NCBI GenBank assembly: GCA_965637545.1
Contig: OZ281495.1
Location: forward strand, 24,118,001 to 24,182,000
Source of the DNA: Phallusia mammillata
Lineage: Eukaryota
Direction of reading: 5' to 3'
DNA: 64,000 bases
The translations under genes and the position numbers were made by a program. Below are positions 1 through 10,306 of this stretch, piece by piece (the stretch's first letter is position 1; every line of letters begins with the position of its first letter). Below the pieces are notes generated by a model, which was not told where the DNA came from, made no database searches, and was given only the letters and a program-made list of their open reading frames with translations.

Positions 1-36
1 ATTGCCATCGGGCTGCAATCTTGTTTTCTTTTGCAG

Positions 37-2079
37 AACAATACTACCTGGAGAAAATGCAGCAGATTACGTTGTTAGTGCCCTAATGCCCGCCTTGCAA
101 GCTGGTTTTGCTGTATGGATGATCATTGTTGTCTTCATCAAAATCACGTAAGTTATGTCTTTATTGCGCGTAATTCGATTTACATTGACACTACAGGTTT
201 TTTGACCATATTTCTACAGAGTGATTCAATTCAACCCGGTAATGTCGTTTTCGTTCATGTTAGTGGGTCTGCTCTCGCCATATATGTTCATACCGTACGT
301 GATTGCACAACTTTTTGGATCAGCTACCGGAGCGTGGATTGCTCAGGTCTGTCCGACAGTAGGCTACACTTAGGCTAAGTTATAAATGTGTCTATTAGTA
401 TATCCGTTTTGTTTAGTAATAAAAGCTTTCTGTAGCTTTTTAGTTGACAGCTTTTCGTTAAACAAACGAAATATTTTGATTAATTGAACGCATTTCGCGC
501 AGTCAATCAAGGGAGATGAGCCCGGACCATTTCGAATTGCAGAAGGCCTGAACGTTGGTGCAGTGGTTGGTGCCGAAGTAATGAGCACTGGTGTAATGGT
601 GTTTTTCGGTCTAGCTATGACATTTGACAAAAAATATGATCAGGCAACAGGTCCAATGGCAATCGGCTTTACTATATTTCAAGGAATACTGGCAGGGTAA
701 GCGCAACGTCGTTTTTTCGGTAAATCTGTGCGCGTTTGTAAAAGTTGTAACATGTTAGCCAAGTTTATGAACGAGTGTGGCATACGCCATGCTTTTTTAA
801 ATGTTTAAATAGCGTTACGGGAGAGCTTTAATTTAAACCTGTTGCAAAGTCAACAACGCATGGCAATCACCATAGTGATACTTAGTTCGAGTTACGAATC
901 AACAACGGCGGACCAAAACCCCTATAGCCTACAACAAGTCTTCGTAAAAAAATGACTGCTGACTACAGCTGATATTAAGGCTGTACTGACCCTGGGGTTA
1001 GACAATTCCTACAAGGCTAAAACCGAATACTGCTTGCTTTCGTTATTTTAAATAACATGAACAAAAAACATTTTTGGCATTTTTTGCTACAACATAACAT
1101 ATGTTATAAATAAGCTATTACTGCCAGCCATAATGTTTTTACAAACGGATGGCTCTTTCAGCAGTTTTATTATAATAAGCCGACGTTAAGACGTCCCAAA
1201 CAAGACATCATCAGGGTATTGACATAAATTACAACACTGTGCTTTATATCGCCTTTATTTCGTAATGATAACTTTGTGTTGTAAGTTATGTCATTACCCT
1301 GATGAAGGTAGTCTCGTATGGGACGTCGAAACGTCGGCTTGTTTTGGTAAAAGCTACTGGAAAAGACACCTATTTGTTAATAACATGTTATGTTTCGGAA
1401 AAAAATAACTCGGTGTTAAATTGTCTTTGAAACCAAGTGTAGCTGCACAAATAAACTCAGCTATCGCACTTAGGGCGGATTAAAGTTATTTGGGCGCCTG
1501 GCTTAAACTTGGGAAAAGATCCCATGCACTCACTTTCATTTGTACAAACAATGGGGCAAAAAACTTGGGGATTGCCATCCTTGGTGATGTAGGGCCCTCC
1601 TTGTAACCCAGTCAGCATCCCCATTTATCCACCACTACCAGGGCCTAAATGCTATTTTATTGTGTGCAGGAGATGGGTAGGTTCCAGTTGCTTTAACCCA
1701 TCACGAGCATTTGGACCATCACTTGTGATTGGAGACTGGAAGCATCACTGGGTGTGGTGGGTTGGACCCGGAGCTGGTTCCCTGATTTTTACAATAGTGT
1801 ACATGTAAGTTATAATAGCAGGTCTTAACAGAGTAACTTAGCCTACATGTAAAATGCAATAAGTTTATTACGTTTAGCGACAGCTTCGCCTATAAGTAGT
1901 TTTAACACAAAGACAAATTTAAATTAGACGAGCATTTTCTTTTGCGTAGGACATTTTTTGCACCAGAGGGAAAAGCCTGGGGCGTTCGTATTCCAAACAA
2001 ATTTTTGAAAGAAAAGCGTAAAGAACACCCTACTGAAGTTACCACCATGAGCAACAACCACACCAGCCATCCAGTCTAA
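37..2079 (+). CDS. Aquaporin (MIP family, AQP8-like), 5'-partial; exons ~37-147, 220-346, 503-696, 1670-1804, 1950-2079
   Basis: GT-AG exons splice in frame to ...VIQFNPVMSFSFMLVGLLSPYMFIPYVIAQLFGSATGAWIAQ...GPMAIGFTIFQGILAGRWVGSSCFNPSRAFGPSLVIGDWKHHWVWWVGPGAGSL...HPV*. This matches the MIP helix and loop pattern, including the HWVWWVGP motif. Confidence 0.9.
1085..1395. mobile_element. Non-coding Penelope-like pseudo-LTR remnant, two inverted arms, in an aquaporin intron
   Basis: ~1153-1237 is the imperfect reverse complement of ~1276-1368. Both arms resemble the pLTR at 4810-4935, sharing gttatgtcatta(c/t)cctgatgaag...ggacgtcgaaacgtcg and cattatg.ctggcag.aatagcttattt. Confidence 0.7.
1290..1345 (+). 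ncRNA. Minimal hammerhead ribozyme (PLE type)
   Basis: CTGATGA (1299) - stem II - GAAAC GTC core, the same arrangement as at 4827-4862. Confidence 0.65.
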
Positions 2080-2579
2080 TTAAAAGGGATCGAATTTGTG
2101 TACCTTTGTTTCTGTACCATATTGCAACTATAACCAGCCGACTAATAATGTGAATACAGCAAAATGTAATCTACTTTGTGCTTTTTTTCCAGTTAAAAAT
2201 GTACTCATCAAAATAACTATAGGTAAAATAGTCTTAACAGCGCGAAAACGTTCAGAAAAGATAATGTACAAATTTACGACGTCAAAGTGAGGTTTAACTT
2301 ACACTACAGGTTAACACCTAGGTTGATCACTATTGAAAATCACAGAATTCATGCGGTTTAAACACCTCTTGAGCAGTCCAATCAAGCAAAACATTGCGAG
2401 AAAAACACTTTCGGGTATACGCTGCATGTAGTTTACCTATTTAAATTTAATAAAAGTTAAAACAAAATCCTAAAAAAGTAATATATCCAGTGATTTCTGG
2501 CGTATGTTTTAAACCAGATGCAAATTCGACTGCTAAATCAAAGTCTCGGAGATTTCTGTGTTTGGTGCTCAGGATGGCA

Positions 2580-2655
2580 CTTTCAAATACTGTTTGTGTG
2601 CACTTAACGAAAGCCGTTAAAGTGTAAAATTCGGTGGCGCGAAACTACATTGGAT
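2580..2655 (+). promoter_or_regulatory. Candidate cell-cycle promoter (E2F site, CCAAT box, CHR-like element)
   Basis: GGCGCGAAA (reverse TTTCGCGCC) at ~2636-2644, ATTGG at ~2649, TTTCAAA at ~2581. This is motif matching only. Confidence 0.3.
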
Positions 2656-3249
2656 TTTGGCAGTTTGGTTGTTTCTGTTGTGTTACGCAGAGGATATATT
2701 GCAGGGGTTTTCGCTTCGTTATGATAACATTACAAACCGTTCGAACAAGATTCAGCTTATGTCGCAGAAGTATAATTGTAAAAAAGCGGATAATATACCT
2801 AGATTAGAACAATAACCATCAGGTTTAAAATACTAATCAAGCTTTATTGCCTTTGGTCTCTCTGGATTGTTGCTACAGGTTTACAGAGTACTGTGTGTGC
2901 CGTAATTAAAGAGTTACAAATGGACATGTTTTTTTTTCAGTTTTAAATCTTTGGGTTTTTTTTGTGACACTATTTCCAATATTTAGACTAATATTTTGAT
3001 AAATCTGGTTTATTCATCCTTGTTCTTACTTCTATAGAATCTCATCTGAGAGTAAATAAACCTGTAAAACATCAAAAAAATAACCATTCGCTAGAAAAAG
3101 TACTAACGGCAAGAATAAATCAGCACAAATTCAGAAATTGTTTGTTCTAATGAAATATATTACTTGCCCTGTTTGCTGTAAAAAGCTGCAATGTATGTCA
3201 ATACATATGTACAATATGACCAAGTATTGCTCATCCAGCAGTTTTATTG

Positions 3250-3302
3250 TAAACAATCGACGTTTCGACGTCCTATACAAGACGCCCTCATCAGGATAAT
3301 GA
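3250..3302 (-). ncRNA. Minimal hammerhead ribozyme in PLE1 pLTR
   Basis: The reverse strand reads ttatc-CTGATGA-G-GGCGTC ttgtatag GACGTC-GAAAC-GTC-gattg. Confidence 0.75.
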
Positions 3303-3761
3303 CACAACTTGCAAGACAAATTTTTTTTTAAATCGACAAAATGCAAAACACACACATGTAAAACAGCGATAACAAGATCGTGCGGCTGCAAACTCGCACC
3401 ACCGTAGCGATAAAACAAGCTCAGTGGTGCAAAAGCGACCGATAATTTATCGGCATTAGAACATCTGTTTTAACGTTCATTGTGTTGGCACGTGAATGGA
3501 TGTTCCAGGACTCTAGGAAACTTCGCTTGTGATAATCAGTTTCCTTCACCAACACCTGAGCAGCAGAAAAATTAATGCTGTGGTGGTGAGTCGTTGCATG
3601 GTTTGCCAACGCTGATTTCTTCGCATCATTCTTGCACACATCCCTTTCGTGCTCCTTCCGGCGCGTATTTAGACTTCTACCAGTCTCACCGATGTATATT
3701 TCGTCACACTCCCCGCACGGTATAGCATACACCACACCCCTAGTTGCAGTAGCATCTAGAG

Positions 3762-4275
3762 CAGCGGTTCTCAACCGGTGGGCCATGGCCCACTGGTGGG
3801 CCATGGAAGCATTTTAATTGGGCCATAGACCAATCAAACAGAAAGCTTTAAAAAAAGTACTTTCATTTGTGTCAGTACTCTCAATTTTACAAGAATAATG
3901 GCTTGGGGAGGAATTGAGAAGGAATGTAAACTTATTCGAATTAATCTATTTACGGCATAAAGTTACGTTGCGTTACTGCAACACCTTATGTTTATGATGT
4001 AATAAACTACTTTGTGATTACAATAAGGCCTGATAATAGCAGCATATCAACTCTCCAATTACTCTGGTCATAACCAAAGTATATGTAAAGTGTTTACATA
4101 GACTTTGGTCATAACTGAAAGTGCTTGATTAAAAGAAGGGAGAGTGCTGTTTTATGATTTTTTTGTTCTGAACCTATTTTATAGTTGTTGTTTTTCTTTC
4201 ATATAAACTTACTGGGCCACAGAATTTTTGTTGAATGAAAATGGGCCACGAAAGAAAAAAGGTTGAGAACCACTG
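3762..4275. mobile_element. hAT (Charlie-like) MITE inserted in PLE1
   Basis: TIRs CAGCGGTTCTCAACC / GGTTGAGAACCACTG with 8-bp TSD ATCTAGAG. It splits the PLE peptide ...SHPKDPLD|ATATRGVVY. Confidence 0.9.
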
Positions 4276-4817
4276 ATCTAGAGGGTCTTTTGGGTGCGAC
4301 AGCATCTGACGTAGGGTGTTTGCTGGTTTGACCCCAACCGATACTCCGAAATCGGTCAACATACGACGGATTACATCTGTTAACCCTGGTGTATGCTATA
4401 CCGTGCGGGGAGTGTGACGAAATATACATCAGTGAGACTGGTAGAAGTCTAAATACGCGCCGGAAGGAGCACGAAAGGAATGTGTGCAAGAATGATGCGA
4501 AGAAATCAGCGTTGGCAAACCATGCAACGACTCACCACCACAGCATTAATTTTTCTGCTGCTCAGGTGTTGGTGAAGGAAACTGATTATCACAAGCGAAG
4601 TTTCCTAGAGTCCTGGAACATCCATTCACGCGCCAACACAATGAACGTTAAAACAGATGTTCTAATGCCGATAAATTATCGGTCGCTTTTACCACCACTG
4701 AGCTTGTTTCATCGCTACGGTTGTGCGAGTTTGCAGCCGCGCGATCTTGTTATCGCTGTTTTACATTTGTGTGTTTTGCATTTTGTTGCTTTAAAAGAAA
4801 TTTGTCTTGCAAGTTAT

Positions 4818-4870
4818 GTCATTATCCTGATGAAGGCGTCTTGTATAGGACGTCGAAACGTCGATTGTTT
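4818..4870 (+). ncRNA. Minimal hammerhead ribozyme in PLE1 inverted pLTR
   Basis: ttatc-CTGATGA-A-GGCGTC ttgtatag GACGTC-GAAAC-GTC-gattg, with cores at 4827-4833 and 4855-4862. Confidence 0.75.
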
Positions 4871-5022
4871 ACAATAAAACTGCTGGATGAGCAATACTTG
4901 GTCATACATTATGCCTGGCAGCAATAGCTTATTTCATATGTACAATATGTCCAAAAATTATAATTCAAGCTAAAACCTCATATTTTAACTTCTAGCAAAC
5001 AGTTAATGTAAGCTTAACAATT

Positions 5023-5904
5023 ATGGAAAGATCGCCATCACCTGAAGTTGTTCAAAGCAGGACAAGAAAAAAGCATTACACAAGAGGTTCAATTATGCAA
5101 AACAGAAAACCTGCCTCTGTTGTTACCAAAACATCAACTCCCGATGAACAAGGGTCCAGAACAAAAACATTTCTTCAGTCTTGGCTACACAGTTGCAATG
5201 ACTCCGCAGAACTTTGCAAAGTAAAAATACCTGCAATTCTTCACCCTGAACAAGAGCACAAAAATGTAACAGGTCGAAGTAGGCGAACCTCTCAACGGGT
5301 CAAAGACAAAACTTCTACACAAAACAATAAAGTGGATAAAAGTCTGCAAAGCAACACGGAAAACGAATTCCCAGAACCTGTTTGTATTGAATCAGACCTA
5401 AGTCCTGAAGAACATCTGTTTGGATTTGAAAAGCTTTTAAAAGAGACAGAGAAGCCAAACAGAACTAAGTTCAATATTAATGAAAAACCTTCTTTAAATC
5501 ATAAAAGTGCAAATGTTCTATCTTCCACAGTTCTTGCTGAAAAACAACCATTACAGAAAAGGTTAACCCCATGGACTGGATTGTTAGATTCACCAGAGCA
5601 AAAGACTAAATCAACACATAATACAAATAAAACAAGAAGAAAAAAAGGCAAACCAATTGAAATCAAACAAGAAGTTTTGTTATTTGGAGAAACAACCGCT
5701 TCCCCAACAGTTGAAAACAAATGTACAATTTTCTCTAGCAGAGACATTAAGTTTGAGGACAGTGACAGTGATCATAGTTGTTCTGATGCTGGTCACAGAA
5801 AAGTGGAGACCAAAAAAGTTGTTAACAAAAAGAATCCCCCTAAGCCAATTGTGCCGGACATTCCTTGGAAGGAAATTATGGAACATGAATTGGTGATTGA
5901 ATAG
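5023..5904 (+). CDS. CDCA5: Sororin/CDCA5-like cohesin regulator (293-aa ORF; may have an upstream exon because the frame is open back to an AG acceptor at 4995)
   Basis: Low-complexity basic protein rich in S/T-P sites. It has an FGFEKLL motif (vertebrate sororin FGFEGLL), a downstream PW...SP...RRKK basic patch, and the C-terminus WKEIMEHELVIE* resembling the sororin terminal motif. Recognised from memory, no search run. Confidence 0.55.
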   Translation: MERSPSPEVVQSRTRKKHYTRGSIMQNRKPASVVTKTSTPDEQGSRTKTFLQSWLHSCNDSAELCKVKIPAILHPEQEHKNVTGRSRRTSQRVKDKTSTQNNKVDKSLQSNTENEFPEPVCIESDLSPEEHLFGFEKLLKETEKPNRTKFNINEKPSLNHKSANVLSSTVLAEKQPLQKRLTPWTGLLDSPEQKTKSTHNTNKTRRKKGKPIEIKQEVLLFGETTASPTVENKCTIFSSRDIKFEDSDSDHSCSDAGHRKVETKKVVNKKNPPKPIVPDIPWKEIMEHELVIE

Positions 5905-6417
5905 CATTTAATGTACGTTTGTTTTGGTGATCATGTGCATAAGGAGTCTATTTCAATCAGTATATTTTTACTGTGTCACAAATCTTTTTTGTTTTGTAAT
6001 CTGTTCTTCATTTTTTGTTTGGTATTTATTATTTCTTTGAATAAGGCTTATTCACATGTGTGCGATTTTTATCCATTGAGTCTTTGTTTACTATCATGGT
6101 GCAGCAGTAAACAATATACAGAACCTGTCATTTCCATGTGAAATGTAATTTTGTAAAAGTATGTGAGTAAAACCCCCCAAAATTGTTGTCACTTTTTTGT
6201 CTCATATATTTTACCTACTTTTTCACAATACAAACTGTACATGTGAGTACTGCTTAACACTGGAAAATGCGACCACAACCGTATAACGTGAGATTTAACC
6301 ACTTTATGTTTTGCTTGTAACTGACTAGCTCAAGAAGAGGTTTATGGTATATTTAAAGGTGTGCAAATGCCTAAATGATCACATTTTATTTTCAAAGTGA
6401 TTTACTCCCATTTCATA

Positions 6418-7659
6418 ATGAAAGTAATATTAGCAGGGTGGGCAAAAACTGGCACGGCAACAATGTGCTCTGCATTGGAAATCTTAGGATATAAGACCTA
6501 CCACTGGCTAGATCACTGCGAACACCTCGGTCACGAGTGGACAACAATTTTAACTCGGGGAGGCACAGTCAAAGATTTTCAAAAGATGCTTGTTGATATT
6601 GATGTCGTGGCGGACTCACCGGCCGCTATTTGCTGGTGGGAAATCCACCAAGCTTTTCCGGACTGCAAGGTAAACTACATATGTTTCCCTGGTTTTTAAT
6701 CACGGTCCACTAAATTCTTCAAGTGCGCTTGGTATAATGGCTTACAAGTCAGCATCGTCAAAAGCATAGAAAGTTAAGCAGCCACTTGGTAGCCGACCTA
6801 CTTAAGGAGAAAGTCGCAAAAAATGTTGAGTTGTTGTGGGGTTGTTTCTTGCTTTATGTGTTTTCCCCCCAAAAAAATGGAATAGTCCACTACTTTTAGC
6901 CTACTAAAAACATTCTTTGTTCTCACACCCTTCGGCCTTTTCACTAAAACTTCAGGCAACCCTGTTTGACACCTTACATATATCCAGCCGATACACATGT
7001 GGTAGGAACTTGTACTGCTGAAGTGACTTTTCGTAGCTTATGTGCTAGATAATATTGACAACCCGCGACGAGGACTCTTGGTATGAAAGCTGTCATTCGT
7101 ACCTAAAAAACTTAGACAACGACGTCTTTAGCAAATTTCTATACACGTTGTCGCCCACTGGTTGGAAGTATATGGTCTTTCTACGTAGTTCAGGTAGGTG
7201 ATTTATTTGTTAGACCAGGGCTATAACTAAGACCATTTGTTTTTTGTTTTAGCCATGATAACTTTCGGACATTATGTAGCTTGGCCATGGTCCAGCGTTG
7301 CAGGACGGAGTGAAATGATGATGAGGCGGAATTTTCGACAACATAACCTTCACGTTTTGCAAGTAAGCACCCCTGTAATTTTCAAACCACTATTTATATC
7401 TGATGACTTAATTGGTTAACAGAAAGCTCCAAAAGATAAGCTGCTGGTCTACTCAGTTAAGGAAGGTTGGGGGCCATTATGTAAATTTCTCGAAGTCGAA
7501 GTACCCGATCAACCCTTTCCCCACAAGAATAAAAAAGCAGAAGCAGTTGCTCAACATTTGGAACATCGACTTATTACCCGCATGAAAAGTGAAATGTACT
7601 TTACAATCCTTTGCCTCTCAATTTTTTTCTGTGTGCTGTACAGTTTCTTTACGAACTAA
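6418..7659 (+). CDS. Sulfotransferase-fold P-loop protein (Sulfotransfer_4-like), copy A, intact; exons 6418-6669, 7049-7193, 7253-7362, 7423-7659
   Basis: MKVILAGWAKTGTATMCSALEILGYKTYH (5'-PSB-like loop), IILTTRDEDSWYES (3'-PB-like), LLVYSVKEGWGPLCKFLEVEVPDQPFPHKN, and a hydrophobic C-terminal helix. The four exons join in frame. Confidence 0.85.
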
Positions 7660-9100
7660 GTTGTCCGAAATGTAAACAAAACTGGTCTTGGGTCTGGGTG
7701 CTTAATTAAATTCACATGCTGTGAACGCCAGTCTAAAATAATATTGCAACCTACATACCACGTCATAGATACATTGTTGGACTTCCCGCCTAAATGTAGA
7801 AGTTTACAACAATTTGGTAAATATCACGCCACAAGGAACAGTGGTCGTGCGAAACTTTGCAAATCGGAAGTGAAGGCTGTTGCTGGCTATTTGCTCAAAA
7901 CGTAAGTAAATACGAAAAGCAAGTTGTAGCATACGTTGGTTACTTCGCCAGGCAGTACCTAAAAGCAAGCAATGAAGAGGACGTTTTAGCAATGACTTGA
8001 TGAACGCTCGGGGTGAATTGATCATATCACACATCATTTTGGTGGTGAATTCAATCGAAATGAAAGTGATATTAGCAGGATGGCCGAAACCTGGCACGGC
8101 AATGTGTTCGGCTTAACTCCAACAATGCGATCTTAGGATATAAAACCTACCACTGGTTGGATTACTGTGAACAACTTGGCCACGGGTGGACCACATTTTT
8201 AACCCGGGGAGGCACAACTGAAGATATACAAAAAATGCTTGCTGATGTGGTGACCGATTCGCCGGTCGCTATTTGCTGGTGGGAAATTCACCAAGCCTTT
8301 CCGGATTGTAAGGTGAGCTACATGAACTGTTATACCACATTCTATCAAGGAATCATTACAATATGCTTAATATTGTTACTTTACAATTACTTTTTTCGAT
8401 ATTTTTTATCCTAGTTTCCTAATGCTGTTGTAATAAGTCATTGCACCGCCAGACAAAACAGTCCACCTAAAAATCGTTTTCGGTAACTTTGTCAAACATA
8501 ATTTCAACTTGTAATAGGTTTGTTAGTTAGGAAACTGTTGCGTTTATTAGACTTATGTGAAAAAATGTTTGGCATACTCTTCTTGACATGAAACAGGGCT
8601 TTTTGACCATACGCTGCAGCGGTGGATTGCTTTTCCTTGTAAAATGTATTTTTGAGTAGATAATAGTGACAACCCGTGACGAGGACTATTGGTACGAAAG
8701 CTGTCATTCGTTCGCCCTCTGGCTGGAAGTATACGGCGTTTTCTACGTATTTGTCAGCTCAAGTCAAAATCAAGGTTATTTTTTTGTATATTTGCTAACT
8801 TTTGGACATTATGTAGCATGGCCATGGTCAAACGTTGCAGATGGAAGTGAAATGAGTATGCAGCGAAATTTTCGACAGTATATAACCTTCACGTTTTGCA
8901 AGTAAACAGTTGCAAGTTTTTAAACCGCTATATAATGAGATGACTCAAGGCCAGTATTGCTTTTCAGAAAGCTTCAAAAGATAAGCTGCTGGTCTACTCA
9001 GTCAAAGAAGGTTGGGGACCTTTGTGCAAATTTTTCGGAGTCGAACCAACCTTTTCCCCACAAGAACAAAAGAGCTGAAGCGATCAACCAACATTTAGAA

Positions 9101-9968
9101 CAGAGGCGGGCAACATACGGCCCGCGGGTATAGATGCTTTCACGGTTTCCTTTGTTTCCACATGTGTAGCCTAGTTAGTGTTTCAGCAGTATCTAGCCTA
9201 TACTATCTAAGTCTGTTGTGTATGCATTAAATTTGCTGTGGTAAATAATTTTATGTTATATCAGTTAGATTGTTTGGACTGTATTGTAATTGTGACGTCC
9301 TTAATTGTATTTGGTTTAGATCAGCGGTTCTTAACCTTTTTTCTTTCGTGGCCCATTTTCATTGCTCAAAAATTCTGTGGCCCAGTAAATTTTTATGAAA
9401 GAAAAAAACAACTATAAAATAGGTTCAGAAAAAAGCAGAACATATTTCAAACAGATTATAAGTTCAAAATAACTTAATGCAAAAAAATTCATAAAACAGC
9501 ACTTTCCCTTCTTTAATCAAGCACTTTCAGTTATGACCGAGTTGGACAATGGATATGCTGCTATCTGGCTTTCTTGTAATCCCAAAGTAGTTTATTACAT
9601 CATAAACATAAAGTGTTGCAGAAACTCAAAGTAACTTTATGCCGTAAATAGTTAAATTCAAATTAATTTACATCCCTTCTCAATTTCTCCCCAAGCCATT
9701 TTTGTAAAACTGAGTGTAGCGACATAAATGAAAGTAAATTCTTAAAAACAGCTTTCTATTTGATTGGTCTGTGGCCCAATCAAAATGCTTCCATGGCCCA
9801 CCAGTGGGCCATGGCCCACTGATTGAGAACCGCTGGTTTAGATGGTCAAGAATCCGTTTTAAATCATTGGATAAATACGCGATTAATGTATCGATTCAGG
9901 AATCCGGCCCACCAAGTACTTCATTTTCCCATATCAGGCCCGCCGACTGGAGAAGTTGCCCGCCCCTG
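9101..9968. mobile_element. hAT MITE (outer) in exon 4 of copy B
   Basis: TIRs CAGAGGCGGGCAAC / GTTGCCCGCCCCTG with TSD ATTTAGAA. Confidence 0.9.
9322..9835. mobile_element. hAT MITE (inner), same family as 3762-4275 in opposite orientation
   Basis: TIRs CAGCGGTTCTTAACC / GATTGAGAACCGCTG with TSD GTTTAGAT. The internal sequence is the reverse complement of the 3762 copy. Confidence 0.9.
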
Positions 9969-10306
9969 ATTTAGAACATAGACTTATCACTCGTATCAAA
10001 AGAGAAATGTACTTCACGGTCTTTTGCTTTACTCTTTTTATGTGTGTTGTATACACTTGCATAGCAAACTGATTCTATGTTTCCACGTTGTGATTGCGAG
10101 CGTTTGTCATTTGAAACCTTATAGAGATGCACTTGAGTCTATTTGCAAAAACAACTTTAACCCACTAGCGTTCACAAGTAGTACGCACAGGCTAATAAAG
10201 CACAATACCAAAGATTCGAGAAGGCAAAGCGACATGTTGTGAATTGTTTACAGTACAGTTGATTTTGAAGGTCAATTCAACTTTGCTTCATAATTTAGGT
10301 TTCAAA

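Larger units (their letters stand above)
3219..4934. mobile_element. Penelope-like retroelement 1: 5'-truncated minus-strand copy (GIY-YIG end) plus inverted plus-strand pLTR
   Basis: VVYAIPCGECDEIYIGETGRSLNTRRKEH (GIY-YIG endonuclease) is encoded on both strands (ORFs 3421-3804 - and 4389-4877 +). The arms are near-identical inverted copies. A 15-bp direct repeat CATATGTACAATATG flanks the element at 3204-3218 and 4935-4949. Confidence 0.9.
8060..10072 (+). pseudogene. Sulfotransferase copy B, pseudogene
   Basis: Early in-frame TAA (~8114), internal deletion in exon 2, and exon 4 interrupted by nested MITEs at 9101-9968. The tail of exon 4 resumes at ~9977. Confidence 0.85.

Noticed and set aside
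1471-1640. Possible old MITE (agggcggattaa ... ttatccaccact)
   Set aside because: The TIR match is weak and no TSD was found.
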